Positions 26,908 through 43,591 of a stretch of DNA of 64,000 nt are shown in pieces. A program made the translations under genes and the position numbers. Origin of the DNA: Hormiphora californensis (lineage: Eukaryota; Animalia; Ctenophora); the NCBI GenBank assembly GCA_020137815.1, contig CM035357.1, forward strand, positions 5,766,001 to 5,830,000, written 5' to 3'. Position 1 is the stretch's first letter. Every line of letters begins with the position of its first letter. The notes beneath the pieces were generated by a model that was not told where the DNA came from, searched no databases, and saw nothing but the letters and a program-made list of their open reading frames with translations.

Positions 26908-29900
26908 AGAGAGCGAGAAGACGAGAGAGAGAGAAGACGCTTAGTAGAGGATTGCACTCGCGCGCTCTATCTCCTCGATCTCTCTCATAGTCTCTCTGAC
27001 TCTCTCTCTCTCGCTCGCGCATCTCAGCTCTACGTCTCTACATTACTACATGCTCATCTTCTACATCGCTATAGCTCAGAGATCATTGGTAATGCTAAAT
27101 GAAACTAAAAATACTCCTTCACCTACCCAGCACTGGTTGTGCGTTGTTGTTTGCAGTAAGAGTATTGGTGCCCCCGAACATCGATCCAGTATTGGTTGTA
27201 CCAAATCCACCGAACGAGGATCCAGTTTTATTAGCCGTGTTACCAAACAGACTGCTGCCTGTTGAGTGTGGGATTAGAAACTAACTGTTTTTATAGGATA
27301 CAACAAACAACTCAACTACAAACTGAAATGCAAGTGTTAGAAAGAGAGGGAGGTCAAATAGCATGGGGCAAGTTTGAACTTGATCATCCCTTCGTGACAG
27401 TGAAGTAGGGCGGGGGGGTTCCAACCTATTTTTTTGTACGGTTTTGTACGGTTTTGTACGGACCATACATAAAAGTATCCGAAATTCCTGTTTTTTTCCA
27501 TACAAACAATACAAAAAAATACAAAAAAATACAAAAAAATAATGAAGGATGTGGGTGCCTGATAAAAGTATAAATAATACATCTAGCTGGGTTCCGTTTA
27601 TGTTCATGTACCACCTATCATATATATGAACGTTTTTAGTTCCATTGTCGTCCATTTTCCTGCTAAAATTACATACTAAAAAAGTGTGTAAAATTACACG
27701 TTTTTGAAATTCTAAAAAAACGAAATCATTGATTCATATTACCGTTAAGATTACGAGAAAATTTTCTACGTTGGAGATCACTTTCTCGGTACTAATTTCG
27801 ATTCGGGATAATTTTCTCGGTAAAAAATTGCGATTTGGGGAAATTTTTCGCTTAGAAAATACGATTCGAGAAATTTTTTCGGTAAGAAATTGGGATTCGG
27901 GGAAATATCTCGCTTAGAAAATACGATTCGAGAAAATTTTTTCGGTAAGAAATTGCGATGCGAGGAAAATTTCTCGCTTAGAAAATACGATTCGAGAAAA
28001 TTTTCTCGGTAAGAAATTGCGATTCGGGGAAATTTCTCGCTTAGAAAATACGATTCAAGAAAATTTTCTCGGTAAGAAATTGCGATTCGGTGAATTTTCT
28101 CGCTTAGAAAAAACGATTCGAGAAAATATTCTCGGTAAGAAATTGCGATTCGGGGAAATTTTTCGCTTAGAAAATACGATTCGAGAAATTATTCTCGGTA
28201 AGTAATTGCGATTCGGGTAAATTTCTCGCTCAGAAAATACGATTCGAGAAAATTTTCTTTGTAAGAAATTGCGATTTGGGGAAATTTCTCGCTTAGAAAA
28301 TACGATTCGAAAAAATTTCTCGGTAAGAAATTGCGATTCGGGAAAATTTCTCTCGCTTAGAAATTGCGATTCGATAATACTTTCTTGGATAGAAAGTTCG
28401 ATTTGGAAAGATTTTCTCTCTTAGAAATTCCAATTTTTCGTACAAACAGTACAAAAAAAGCACAACAAATTATGGAGGTGGGTGCCTAGTAAAAGTTCAT
28501 GGACGGGTTCCTTTTGTCCTAATGTACCACCTAGGAACGTTTGTCGTGTAATTATTATCTTTCATTCGAAATTCGAAAAAGTAAACATCATTGATTCAGA
28601 TTTCGAAAATTTTGAATAGAATATTTCCTTGTGTTTTGATAAAGAACAATTAAAACATGATTAAAACATGTTTTTATCTTCCAATTATAAGAAAAAGTTG
28701 CTAATTTTGTATGAAACCACAGTTTAATAGGAATTTATGACACAATTATGATCATAAACTAAAGTTTCAACGATCAGAAAAGCTTTGTTTAATCGTTTAT
28801 ACCCCGTTTTATTTTTTTGTATTTTTTTGTATTTTTTTGTACTTTTTTGTATTTTTTTGTATTTTTTTGTTTGAGGAAACCCGTGTTTTTTTCCGTACAA
28901 ACGTACAACAAATAGGTTGGAACCCCCCCAGTAGGGCTCACGCTAAGAATTGAGAACAGTGAAGTATGGTATCCACTGAGATATTAGAACCCTAATTACC
29001 CAGTAACTTGTGTCATTACACAGTACGGTGTCATTACCTGTCAGGAACCGACCGACACAACCATTAACCAATCAGAACTCGTTATTTAGGTCACGTGACT
29101 GGTTATCAACCAATCAGGGGCCAGTATTTCCTGATTCGGTCGGTTCCTATTACCTGTATTAGTGCTACCGAATGTGTTTCCAGTATTTCCAAAGAGAGAG
29201 CTACCCCCTGTAGTACCACCCAGACTAAATGCTGGCTTGGCCGCTGTGTTGTTTGTATTACCGAACAATCCACCTCCTGTTCCTGTAATTAGAGATATTA
29301 ATTGATATTAATATTTAGTAGACCTAGATACTAAAATGTTAGTTCTCAAATCTTAACATTGTCATGTCTATTACTTTGAACCATTCGAACCGAGAGAGTC
29401 TGGACAAGACAATTTGAAATATAACTGTGACTCCCTTACCTAATTACTTAATTAATTAACTAATTAATTAATTACACAATTACCTAATGTATTTGTAGTG
29501 GTAGATCCGAATCCTCCAAATGTTGATTTATTAGCTGTGTTACCGAATAGTCCGCCTCCAGTCGTGCTTGTAGCAGTGTTTCCAAACAGCCCCCCAGATG
29601 TAGCTCCTGTATTTGTACCACCAAACAAACTTGATCCAGCTGAGGAGAGAGAGGGACTATTTAGAGCGGGAGGGGGGGTGAAGAGAGGGTCCGTGTTCAG
29701 GGCCACGGGGGGGGGGGGGTTCAGATGGGTTAGAGAAAGTTTTAGAATTTTGTAGCTTGGGGGTCACGTACTTGTGTTGCTTGTATTTGTGCTACCGAAC
29801 AATCCTCCAGTTGTACTTGTATTGGTAGCCCCTGAAATATAGTTTTACACATTCAGATTCAGAGAGCTTTACTATTGGTCTACAACAAACGGATAAAACC

Positions 29901-31408
29901 GTGTTTAAATGTTCTAACTCTCATTTACTCCAGCGTACGGCGAGAGTTGGTAATGAAATTACCCCTCCGCAAAAGCTCAATATAATAACAAGGGTGACCT
30001 CGTAATGGCGAGAGAAGGTCGAGTAAGGCGAACAAAAAGAAACAACTTACCAAACAGACTGTTCGGTTTATTAGCAGTGTTGGTACTCCCAAACAGTCCT
30101 GTACTGCCTGTATTGGTGCTGCCAAATGCGTTGTTAGTTGTAGTACTCCCAAATCCAGTGCTACCGAATGTGTTTGTTGTGTTGGCGGTATTAGTGCCAC
30201 CAAATAGAGATGATGTCCCTGTGTTAGTCGTGCTACCAAATAATCCTGTGGGCTGGGGGAATGGGTGTCAGTATATATCACTGTGCGGGCAAGGTGACCA
30301 TACTGAAATATCAGTCTTTATCTTGTGTAGTTAACGCCACATTATAGGGATCGGTAGAGCAATCTGACACCTGAACACACTACTGCTAAATACTAACTTT
30401 GTTTGCAGTGTTACTCCCAAAGAGTCCGCCTGATGTAGCGGTATTATTTGTACTTCCAAAGAGTCCCCCACTTGTCGCATTGTTAGTGGTAGACCCAAAC
30501 GCTCCGAAACTTGAGGTATTGTTGGTAGTGTTGGTGTTAGTAGCCCCGAACAATCCCCCGGTTGCAGGTTGGGCGGGCTGTGCTGTGCCAGTTGAGTTTC
30601 CAGCTTTTCTTCCCGCTAAATAGTCCTCACAACGGAGCTCCTCCATTGATTTGTTCTCGTACTCCTTCATACAGGTGATTACCTGCTGCTTTACCTGCAC
30701 CGTCTGGGGATAGGGGGTAGGTTAGGGGTACTTGCACTGTATAAAACAGGGGATAGGATAAGTGAGGGCTAAGGGACCTTCAGTGAGGGTTCCCAGATTT
30801 AAAAAATTCCCTCTGGGTAATTTGGTTGAAATGAAAAAACATAATTTAAAACTTACCGTGGACTGTCCCTTGACAACCAAGGTATCATTAGTAACAACAG
30901 GGTTAAACTGAATGTTAGTTCCATTCTGTTGAGTAGCTCCAAACCCAGTACTGGAACCTCCAAACAAAGATGACCCCCCAGCATTAGTACTGGTGCTAGT
31001 TCCCCCAAAGAGGCTGTTAGAACTAGAAAACCCAGTAGTACCGCCTGACCCAAACAGGCCACCACTGGATGTTGACGCTGCGGCGTTATTACCAAATAAG
31101 GAACTGCCCCCTCCGAAAGCACTCGTAGTGTTAGTCGCCCCGAATGAGGATCCCCCTCCAAAACTGCTGTTGGATGCCCCAAACAGCCCTGAACTGGCTG
31201 CTGGTTTTGCACCGAATAGTCCTCCTGAGGTGCTATTGTTGGGGGTACTACCGAAGGTCGAGGTCGAGCCAAAACCAGTGTTAGTGGTACCAAAGGTGGA
31301 CTTGTTACCGAATAGGCCACCCTGTTGTTGTTGTTGTGCATTGTTGTTTGACCCGAACCCTCCGAACGAGTTTGAACCAAAAGTGTTGTTTGAGGTGTTC
31401 CCAAACAT
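16167..31408 (-). CDS. NUP98: Nuclear pore complex protein Nup98-Nup96 precursor (contains apparent frameshifts)
   Basis: FG/GLFG exons 31408-30857, 30703-30398 (GLEBS motif ITCMKEYENKSMEELRCEDY), 30252-30051, 29831-29772, 29639-29484, 29282-29154, 27258-27127. Then 21559-21381 (PFGDSPLF), 21242-21007, 20837-20774, 20636-20489, 20235-20054, 19894-19749, 19589-18118 (autoprotease site KHF/SQYGL at ~19405-19413). Further Nup96 exons follow; the last exon 16319-16167 contains PMPSDY. Confidence 0.95.
20381..20464. repeat. (AAAC)n microsatellite, intronic
   Basis: Visible directly. Confidence 0.95.
22180..22378. repeat. ~8 x 24-bp minisatellite just after the stop codon of the nested SRCR-like gene
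   Basis: Unit TTTAGCCACTCCACCTTCTAGCAG. Confidence 0.95.
22403..23281 (-). CDS. Secreted Cys-rich protein with two divergent SRCR-like domains; intronless, nested in a Nup98 intron
   Basis: 292-aa ORF with signal peptide (MFTQLLTTTAALLLLGGCHS). SRCR-like motifs SGTVVL..., AQILCNKAGY, DLNCPSNSTDLGDC, LWLSC, and a second repeat ending LFCSSSTLEQC...LQLSC. TATAAAA lies ~45 nt upstream of the ATG. Confidence 0.75.
   Translation of the reverse strand: MFTQLLTTTAALLLLGGCHSADLADLGVELLIADGEPGTPPGPESISCSGTVVLTNGTQRIGLVGGNGVDNKTAQILCNKAGYDYYVTYNVTKNVTNPYKLMCSTIKEWNTPVITKDLNCPSNSTDLGDCSASLTSGDWNIDDALWLSCSNDWKQFWELKNVTLAYNEAGNIEYGDMRSGGKFGNVLVTVRNYRTGEERTGLTPYTSNHINGIHLCTIVGHHSRDATRSRTEWISDISNTKLSCGFMIENEMKYVLSYLFCSSSTLEQCGFTLVDDFDSNERSTGSSLQLSC
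23667..25770 (-). mobile_element. Helentron-associated (HINE/DINE-1-like) non-autonomous element
   Basis: In - orientation: ~75-bp 5' inverted repeat (25410-25485 vs 25695-25770) containing sub-TIR AAAGGTGACC; internal TCTA microsatellite (~23926-23965); 3' sub-TIR GGTCACCTTT followed by hairpin TGCGCT-TGCC-AGCGCA. Homologous to 57110-58188. Confidence 0.75.
24020..24840. mobile_element. Long-TIR MITE (~330-bp arms, TAG...CTA ends, ATA TSD; Academ-like) nested in the HINE
   Basis: ATA-TAGTCAGGACCACTATTGGTGC ... GCACCAATAGTGGTCCTGACTA-ATA. Absent at the homologous position of the 57110 copy. Confidence 0.8.
26286..26530. mobile_element. Small MITE
   Basis: CCACTTAGGAATGGTTT ... AAACCATTCCTAAGTGG. 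Confidence 0.6.
27412..28929. mobile_element. G-capped TIR element (family A) with 8-bp TSD and internal ~59-bp tandem array
   Basis: AGTAGGGC-GGGGGGGTTCCAACCTATT ... AATAGGTTGGAACCCCCCC-AGTAGGGC. Subterminal (TTTTTGTA)n; internal units GAAAATTTTCTCGGTAAGAAATTGCGATTCGGGGAAATTTCTCGCTTAGAAAATACGATTC at 27800-28430. Confidence 0.92.
29042..29148. mobile_element. 107-bp MITE with a 9-bp TSD that duplicates a Nup98 splice donor
   Basis: ATTACCTGT-CAGGAACCGACCGA ... TCGGTCGGTTCCT-ATTACCTGT. Confidence 0.8.
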
Positions 31409-32945
31409 GGCTAGAAAGACAGTAGTTAGGTTAGGGTATGGGAAAGAATCAGTAGCTGGGCAGGGTCAAGTAAACAAATCTTTGGGTAAGATAGGCATTA
31501 ACAAATACAAATATGAACAAATAAGTACATTGTACACGGAAGTCGAGGACTACAGAACATGTAAACTCATTTTTATGTATAATTTTTAACTTTTACCCCA
31601 TCCCCCCCCCCCCCCCAAGGAAGTCGAGGACTCCAAAGTGTACGAGAACGATCACTGCACGAATACCACGAATAGTAAGTTCGCGTGTAGTTCAGTCGCA
31701 GATCAGTTATATAAAATTGATAAGTGACTCATGTGACATGCATTAGATCATCAAATTCCTGGAAATACTATGACGTCATGCGTGATACCGTGGGAAAAAT
31801 ACCCATCACTCTGGCCTATCAGGCATTGTGGTATTAGTTGGAAACGTTCCAACTTGTTACTAGTGGCCAAAACTGTAAGGACAGAGTGGGAGCATAGCAC
31901 ATTTACCTCGCTCTGGCCTTCATTTCTGACAGCGTTCGGCCGAGACCACCGATCAGGGGCTTCCTGACTCAGTTCCAATCAGTAACCCCCGTCAAACTTG
32001 TTTGTCAAGATGTGGATTAGATTCTTCTGCGATATTGAATCGATTCGATACATGGTTTCGTGTCAAGAGAAGACTGAAGAGTCACAAAATTCAGACTCAG
32101 AAGAAAAAAAAGCGTGTGAGAAAGTTGAAATTTTCAAATTCACGATTCGCCACAGCAAAGATTTAGGATGCGCGGCGCGCTTAATATTTGCGCGTTACAA
32201 AGAATATCCTGCGCGCCAAAAACACACGGAATCGGGACTGTTGTGTTTGCACTGTTTGCGGGGGTCGGCGCGTTACTGCAATGATTCCTGTGTGTATAAG
32301 TCTAGCGGCTGTGTTACATACACGCACGCGGCTCTGCTCGCTTGCTGGTAGATTCGTGTGATGTAACAAGCAGTCAACATGGCATTACACACTCAGGTTA
32401 ACAGAGAGAGAAAGAGAAGGGACTTGTTTTAAAACCGTTCCAGATAAATCTCGACATATTCACAATTACAGCCGCGTTCAAACAAAATATAAACTTTTCG
32501 CAGACAGACAGAACTCTCACCTCTCTCACTTTCACACAACCGAGATAAATAATAAGAAATTGATTATGTTCATCATTTTCTCTCTCTAACAATTTTCATA
32601 ACCGATCAAGCATTCTAAAGTATTCTCTTGCACTTTCTCTGCCTGTCTCCCCAATCACATTCCTCTACCCCTCTAGCACTGTTATAAAGGTCACTGACTG
32701 ACAGACAGACACACACTGACAGACACACACCAGTTTACGAGACGAGATTTACAGCAGATTTTGACACAACACAACATCATACACACATTTGAACATCTTC
32801 TTTTCTTTAACAACAATCATCACTTCAATCACTCTCCTCTCTCTCACCACCGCCCCGATGTGATAGTTTGCAGCGCTTTGAGAGAGAGGGGGTGAAAGAG
32901 CGGTTACAATTTTAGCATCTCGCACACATCTCCACACCCCGTTTC

Positions 32946-37374
<4,429 letters not shown>

Positions 37375-37436
37375 CTTATGATCCCTGAAGAGAGCGAGAT
37401 GTAAATAATAATGTGACTCCTTTTCAGTCACTACTA

Positions 37437-39001
37437 CAAGGTGGGCCACGGATTGTTGGTAAGGGTTAGCGAGTTGTCCCGTCAAAACGGTGATAGTTGC
37501 GAGAATAAAAATTATGGGAGCACTCTGGATCAATTTCTTGGTAACTTTTTCCATAATTTTTTGTCAAAAATTCGAAAATTCATTTTTTATTCCTTCATTC
37601 ATTTCTCGTTCATTTATGATGTGAGCATCCTAATTTTCCATCATGGTGCTATTTTTCTTTGGCTTGAATTTATCTTTCCAATGAACACCATAAAAATGAA
37701 ATTGAAGCACCAGGTCACGTTGCAGTTGAGAAAATGCTCATGCATGATTTTGGCTCTTCCTGCGACTTTCAATGAGCTGTATCACGGCTCCCTTTTGTTC
37801 AATCTTTTTCAAAATTTGGGTGAACATTGGATAAACAAAGATCTTTGCTCACAAGAAAAATCAAGGTCAAAACTCAAAGTTCATTTTTCATTTTTTGTAG
37901 TTCATTCCACTCATTCAGGAACTAACATCCCTAAAGTCATGAAAAGTTTTGGGTTTTGTTTGGCCTATGCTCTGCAATGCCAGAGAGGTGTAGTAGCGTG
38001 TCTCCGGGCTAGTTTTTGGGTGTCCATGTGATCATGATGATACCTGACACCTTATTTGGGCCATAATTAAGAGATTTTCTCAAGTTGAAGCATGTGACTT
38101 GGGGTTTCTGTGATTGATATCGTGAAACAATGTTATGGGATCCTATAGCACCCCTAAAATGATGATTAATTCAACAAAATGAGTTGATTTATTATTGAAA
38201 AGATTTAAACCGAAGACAAACTCAACTAAACGAACAATTTCGATCATAAATCAACTCATTTTGTTGAATTAATCATCATTTTAGGGGTGCTATAGGATCC
38301 CATAACATTGTTTCACGATATCAATCACAGAAACCCCAAGTCACATGCTTCAACTTGAGAAAATCTCTTAATTATGGCCCAAATAAGGTGTCAGGTATCA
38401 TCATGATCACATGGACACCCAAAAACTAGCCCGGAGACACGCTACTACACCTCTCTGGCATTGCAGAGCATAGGCCAAACAAAACCCAAAACTTTTCATG
38501 ACTTTAGGGATGTTAGTTCCTGAATGAGTGGAATGAACTACCAAAAATGAAAAATGAACTTTGAGTTTTGACCTTGATTTTTCTTGTGAGCAAAGATCTT
38601 TGTTTATCCAATGTTCACCCAAATTTTGAAAAAGATTGAACAAAAGGGAGCCGTGATACAGCTCATTGAAAGTCGCAGGAAGAGCCAAAATCATGCATGA
38701 GCATTTTCTCAACTGCAACGTGACCTGGTGCTTCAATTTCATTTTTATGGTGTTCATTGGAAAGATAAATTCAAGCCAAAGAAAAATAGCACCATGATGG
38801 AAAATTAGGATGCTCACATCATAAATGAACGAGAAATGAATGAAGGAATGAAAAATGAATTTTCGAATTTTTGACAAAAAATTATGGAAAAAGTTACCAA
38901 GAAATTGATCCAGAGTGCTCCCATAATTTTTATTCTCGCAACTATCACCGTTTTGACGGGACAACTCGCTAACCCTTACCAACAATCCGTGGCCCACCTT
39001 G
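37437..39001. mobile_element. 1.56-kb near-perfect foldback element (~755-bp arms), TA TSD, Tc1/mariner-type ends
   Basis: TA-CAAGGTGGGCCACGG ... CCGTGGCCCACCTTG-TA. The mirror-image 196-aa ORFs differ at only 2 residues; central spacer ~55 bp. Confidence 0.95.
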
Positions 39002-39546
39002 TATACAAATTATGAGTCATGATAAAGGACGATAAATGATATTTGATAAACTTATGCTTGATGAGTAACAAAGGGACGAGATACGTCACCTGTTATAATA
39101 CGTATGTGGGGGAGTGCCCTCTTGTGTGAGCAGTATTCGCTAGAATCTACTCACACACTACACTGATAACAAGCAAGGTTGTGTTAAAATTTCACACACG
39201 TACATTTTGTCGCTTACTGCATTACAGTGCGATAGCTTTTGCCTCTTCACGGCTGCTCTCTCACTGTTACCCGAACGTTACAGTAACATATTCAGCCTAA
39301 TCAGGGGGTTTAAAGGTTAACAAATATGTAGTTTTATACGATCTTTATAATGGGGTAAATAGTAATGTTGTTACCCGAACGTTTCAGTAATATAGATTAT
39401 TCATCCTAATCATGGGTATTGGAATGATAATGGGGTAAACACATAGTAATGTTGTCAAGGTTGAAGTGAAGGGGGACCTGTAGCAGTTAAATGCACTGAA
39501 CAATTCAGGTTATATACGGGATAAATATCACTAAAACTGGGTTAAA

Positions 39547-40170
39547 GGGGGGGGGTCCAGCCCTAAAAAAAGCTAAGCTAACGGCCAAAATCAGGGTACC
39601 TTTAGCTTTTTTTAGCTTTTTTTAGCTTTTTTTAGCTTTTTTTTAGCTTTTTTTAGCTTTTTTTAGCCTTTTTTAGCTTTTATTAGCTTTTTTTAGCTTT
39701 TTTTAGCTTTTTTAAGGCTAAAAAAAGCTAAAAAAAAGCTAAAAAAAGCTAAAATTGAGTTTTAGTGGATTCATATAGGTTCGAATCCCGCTGACGCCAA
39801 ATTTTTTAAACTTTTATTATAACGTTTTATAACGTTTTTTGAACTTTTTTAAAACTATTTTTATCAAATTTGAATAATATTTTTATCGAAAAAATGTCTC
39901 CAGAAAATGGCAGTAGGGGTGGATACAGAAATTGCTATGTATGGACATAAACGGTAGATTATGGTAAAAAATGTGCAGGAAATGAACAAATGCAGTCAAT
40001 AGACGTCTGGAAGGATGAAAATTTAATGGAAAAGTGTCAAGATGAATGCTGAAAAAACATAAAAAGTAGGGCTAAAAAAAGCTAAAAAAAGCTAAAAAAA
40101 GCTAAAATAAAAAACGCTATCGACCAAAATCAGGGTACCTTTAGCTTTTTTTAGGGCTGGACCCCCCCCC
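39547..40170. mobile_element. G-capped TIR element (family C)
   Basis: GGGGGGGGGTCCAGCCCTAAAAAAAGCTAA ... TTAGCTTTTTTTAGGGCTGGACCCCCCCCC; subterminal (TTTTTTAGC)n. The flanks share GTTAAA (only 6 bp visible). Confidence 0.85.
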
Positions 40171-40348
40171 GTTAAAAGAATTTAGCCAAAATATGCATGT
40201 CGCATCCTCGTCGCACTAGCGTGTCTCGACGCATTCCATAAGGACACGCCAGTCATTTGTTGTACGGTGACTAAAATATTAAAAACCCTTGATACATCTC
40301 TCAGAACTTCAAGGGGGACCGGGCAGAGAGCAAAAAATTATAATTATA

Positions 40349-41551
40349 CAGGGTGTCCCACTGTCTTTGCGTGACCTGCGATTTTGAGTCATGACCGGGC
40401 TCCATTAAATTGATCAAAACTCATCGAAAAATAAGTCAAAATGGTTCAAACAAAAACCAGTGTTCTAGAGAATTGTCAGGCGAACATTTTGGTTGCAAGA
40501 TTGACGTTCCAAGTCTTACCAATCGTCAGATATATCGTCTTAAAGTCAAAAATACGTGTTCATGAAATCCGACCGGGGTTCACGTTTTGAAAATTTTACA
40601 AATACAAAGTTGTTCGGATCACATTGCATCCCTCATAAAAGTTGTAGGAAATTGTCTGGCGGTCATTTTGGTACCCGGATTTTCGTCCTAGCTCAATGTT
40701 TAAGGTGTCTTATGACTGTCTAAAGACGAAATTCAACCAACATTTTTGAGGGGATCATGTGTCATCAACAAATGGGTAAAATGAATTGAAAATTATATGA
40801 GCTTGATTGGAATCGTCTAAGGTTCATTTTGATACTATGATTTTTTCCTTAGCTCTACGTTTTAGTTCCGTTATGACTGTAGGAACATGAAGATTTTTCT
40901 ATGCTGAGTCTTAGATGGTATCGGCTCACAACCCCTAATTAGGTGGCTCGGTGTCGTGTGTAATCCCATGATAATTAGCACACATCGTCTCAATTTCATC
41001 TAGACACTTGACAGGGTTGTTATGACGATTTGGCAAGGCCCCTCTTAATGTGAAGGACACGCAAGTGGTCTATACCAACCCTATCATGCACTGAGATGTT
41101 ATTCAAGCAGCAATGAGCTTCATAACTAGGCAAAAAGAAATGCGATACCCGAGACAACTTTTGGAAAAAATCCAGTTCTGACAGTCTTAAGACACTCTAC
41201 ACATTGAGCTAGGACAAAAACCCGGGTACCAAAATGACCGCCAGACAATTTTCTACAACTTTTATGAGGGATGCAATGTGATCTGAGCAACTTTGCATTT
41301 GTGAATTTTTCAAAACGTGAACCCCGGTCGGATTTCATGAACACGTATTTTTGACTTTAAGACGATATATCTGACGATTGGTAAGACTTGGAACGTCAAT
41401 CTTGCAACCAAAATGTTCGCCTGACAATTCTCTAGAACACTGTTTTTTGTTAGAACCATTTTGACTTATTTTTCGATGAGTTTTGATCAATTTAATGGAG
41501 CCCGGTCATGACTCAAAATCGCAGGTCACGCAAAGACAGTGGGACACCCTG
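40349..41551. mobile_element. Tc1/mariner-type non-autonomous element, ~370-bp TIRs, TA TSD
   Basis: TA-CAGGGTGTCCCACTGTCTTTGCG ... CGCAAAGACAGTGGGACACCCTG-TA. Confidence 0.92.
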
Positions 41552-41659
41552 TACTTCTTTGATTCATTAAGTGGCGGTCCAGTACCAGCTACCTGCCACG
41601 CATGATGCATGTATGGTATCCAGGTCCGTTCTAACCGCCCCTGATCACCGAAAAGTCTA

Positions 41660-41810
41660 TACTCCATTTTTTTCAACTGTTCACCCCCCAAAGTCGTGCG
41701 CGGAATTGTTTTGCGCGTCTATCACATGTTAACGTGTAGCGTGCGCCACGAAAATTCTAAATTTCACTGAAATTTCAATTTTGGGTGAACAGTTGAAAAA
41801 AAATGGACTT
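41660..41810. mobile_element. MITE, second copy of the 14192-14343 family
   Basis: Near-identical first ~85 bp, same termini, TA flanks. Confidence 0.85.
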
Positions 41811-42045
41811 TAGGTTAACATAAAAGTGAGATAATAAAACACTAAATTTGCTTGTTCAACTCGTCAAAAGTTTGCAAAAGTGAACCACCCCTTCTAAAAG
41901 TAAATATCGTTGAGGTCTGAGGATGACAGTCCCCACTGCTCTCGTATGCCAACCCAAAACCAAACAATACACGGTGCCCCTGAAGGATGTTCAACCTCGA
42001 CCGAGTCCCCCAGCAAAACGAACGGTTGTGTGACCTTATGCTCTC

Positions 42046-42236
42046 TTTTCGGAACGTGTTCGTCTAGACATTGCGCGTCGCGGGTGAACGAGCTAACCCG
42101 GGTGAACGAGCTAACAATAGCGAACTTACATGCGATATACTACATCGCGTGCATGTAATTGCACTATTGTTAGCTTGTTCACCCGGGTTTGGTACAGCCC
42201 GCGATGCGCAATGTCGAGACGAACACGTTCCGAAAA
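42046..42236. mobile_element. Palindromic MITE
   Basis: TTTTCGGAACGTGTTCGTCT.GACATTGCGC ... GCGCAATGTC.AGACGAACACGTTCCGAAAA. Confidence 0.7.
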
Positions 42237-43336
42237 TGCAGTATAAAGGGGACCTCTGGGAACTACGCAGGACCGTGGGGGAAAAAATATAAAAGTAGCC
42301 TAAAAAATTAAAACGATAGAAAGATAGCTATCGTTTTTTCACTTCGAAAATACGACATTTCTTTTTAAAAAATCCTTGATCAGGAAGATACAAGTGTCTC
42401 CCACCTATTTTTTGACGTAGATTCGAATGCCGTTGAAGTCAAATCTCTAAAATGTTGGAAAAATGGTGAAAATCACGTTTTAGGTGTTTTTTGGTGAAAA
42501 AAGCGTTCAAACTGGTACTAAATGATGAGATAGAGTCCCAAAAGTATGACAAATCGCTTTTTTGGGACATTTTCGCCCTAGAAGCAGATTTTTATGAAAA
42601 TCTGGTACAGCGCCTATTCTCTGAATACTTTCAAAGAAGGTGAATATTGCTCTAATTTAGCCAATTTTGAAGAAAAGTCATCCAAAACAGTACTAGATGA
42701 TGAGATAGTGGCCCAAAAATATAACTAATCGATTTTTTGGGTCTTTTTCGTCCTAGAAACAAATTGACATGGCGGTCGGATGATATGTTTCCTCTCGGTA
42801 GGCCTCTGAAGTAGGTGGAAATAGCCAAAATATATAGCGATTGCGGCAAATGAATGTGAATAAACGTTTACCAAACCCACTTCAGCATCATGTATGGCTC
42901 TTGCACAAACTGCATTTTATTATTGTATTTAGTCTTGTAATCTTATAATCTGTGTATCCAGTCCAAGATTGAATTGCATTGTTGTTATGTTTTGGGTATC
43001 CGTTAGGCGATATCCGTGGTATCCGTGGTATCCGTGGGCGATGACGACAGGCATTTGTGTTCCAGTGGCTAGTGCATGAACCTTGGTTACCATCTTTTCA
43101 CTTTTGGTCTTTTTGGGTGTCCGCGGACACCCGGACACCCACGAGCGCCGTCCCTGCCTTGGTACAAGTTTTGATTGGAGCAATTTGGTCAAAGTGGTAG
43201 ACGAAACAAAAGGTAATTTGGTTTACATTTTTTTATTATTATTAAATCTTTATAACTTACACAATTTAATTGTATAAATAAGCCCCTTTTTGTGGGCAAA
43301 TACGGGTCACCAATAGATATTCATTGAAGATGCCTA

Positions 43337-43591
43337 TTATGTAAAGTCTATCACCCCTCTCCGTACCCGGAATTGTCCTCCAGGATTCGAATCCCTCAAC
43401 TCCTTCAATGTTTGCTGGAGTTCTCTCCTCTTACTTCTCTCTGCGAAGGACATATCCCTTGCAAGATATACACCGCAGTACGATTCTGTCTGTTTTAGCT
43501 GCTTTGCCTTTTGGAGAAGGCTCAGCAGCATTTCCTTACTTTGTGGCTTCACAATCACTGGTCTCTCCCTTCCTCCCCGTTTCAAACCCAC
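43337..43591 (-). pseudogene. LINE (CR1/L2-type) ORF1 C-terminal relic
   Basis: ERPVIVKPQSKEMLLSLLQKAKQLK...VYLARDMSFAERSKRRELQQTLKELR matches the RP-I-VK...AK-LK...IYI--DLT--ER pattern of CR1/L2 ORF1p. No ORF2 is visible. Confidence 0.65.

Noticed and set aside
25790-27060. Degenerate ~130-bp duplications (25810/26597; 26020/26156) as possible ncRNA genes
   Set aside because: The copies differ mainly by scattered single-base indels and the adjacent (AG)n tract is corrupted. This fits low-accuracy gap-fill sequence or old repeats; no snoRNA/snRNA motifs recognised.
27800-28430. CRISPR-like regular array (also 60590-61180)
   Set aside because: Contiguous ~59-bp tandem units with no unique spacers, inside a TIR element in a eukaryotic genome.
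37441-38997. Two 196-aa ORFs on opposite strands
   Set aside because: Mirror products of the foldback arms; no ATG start and no recognisable transposase motif.
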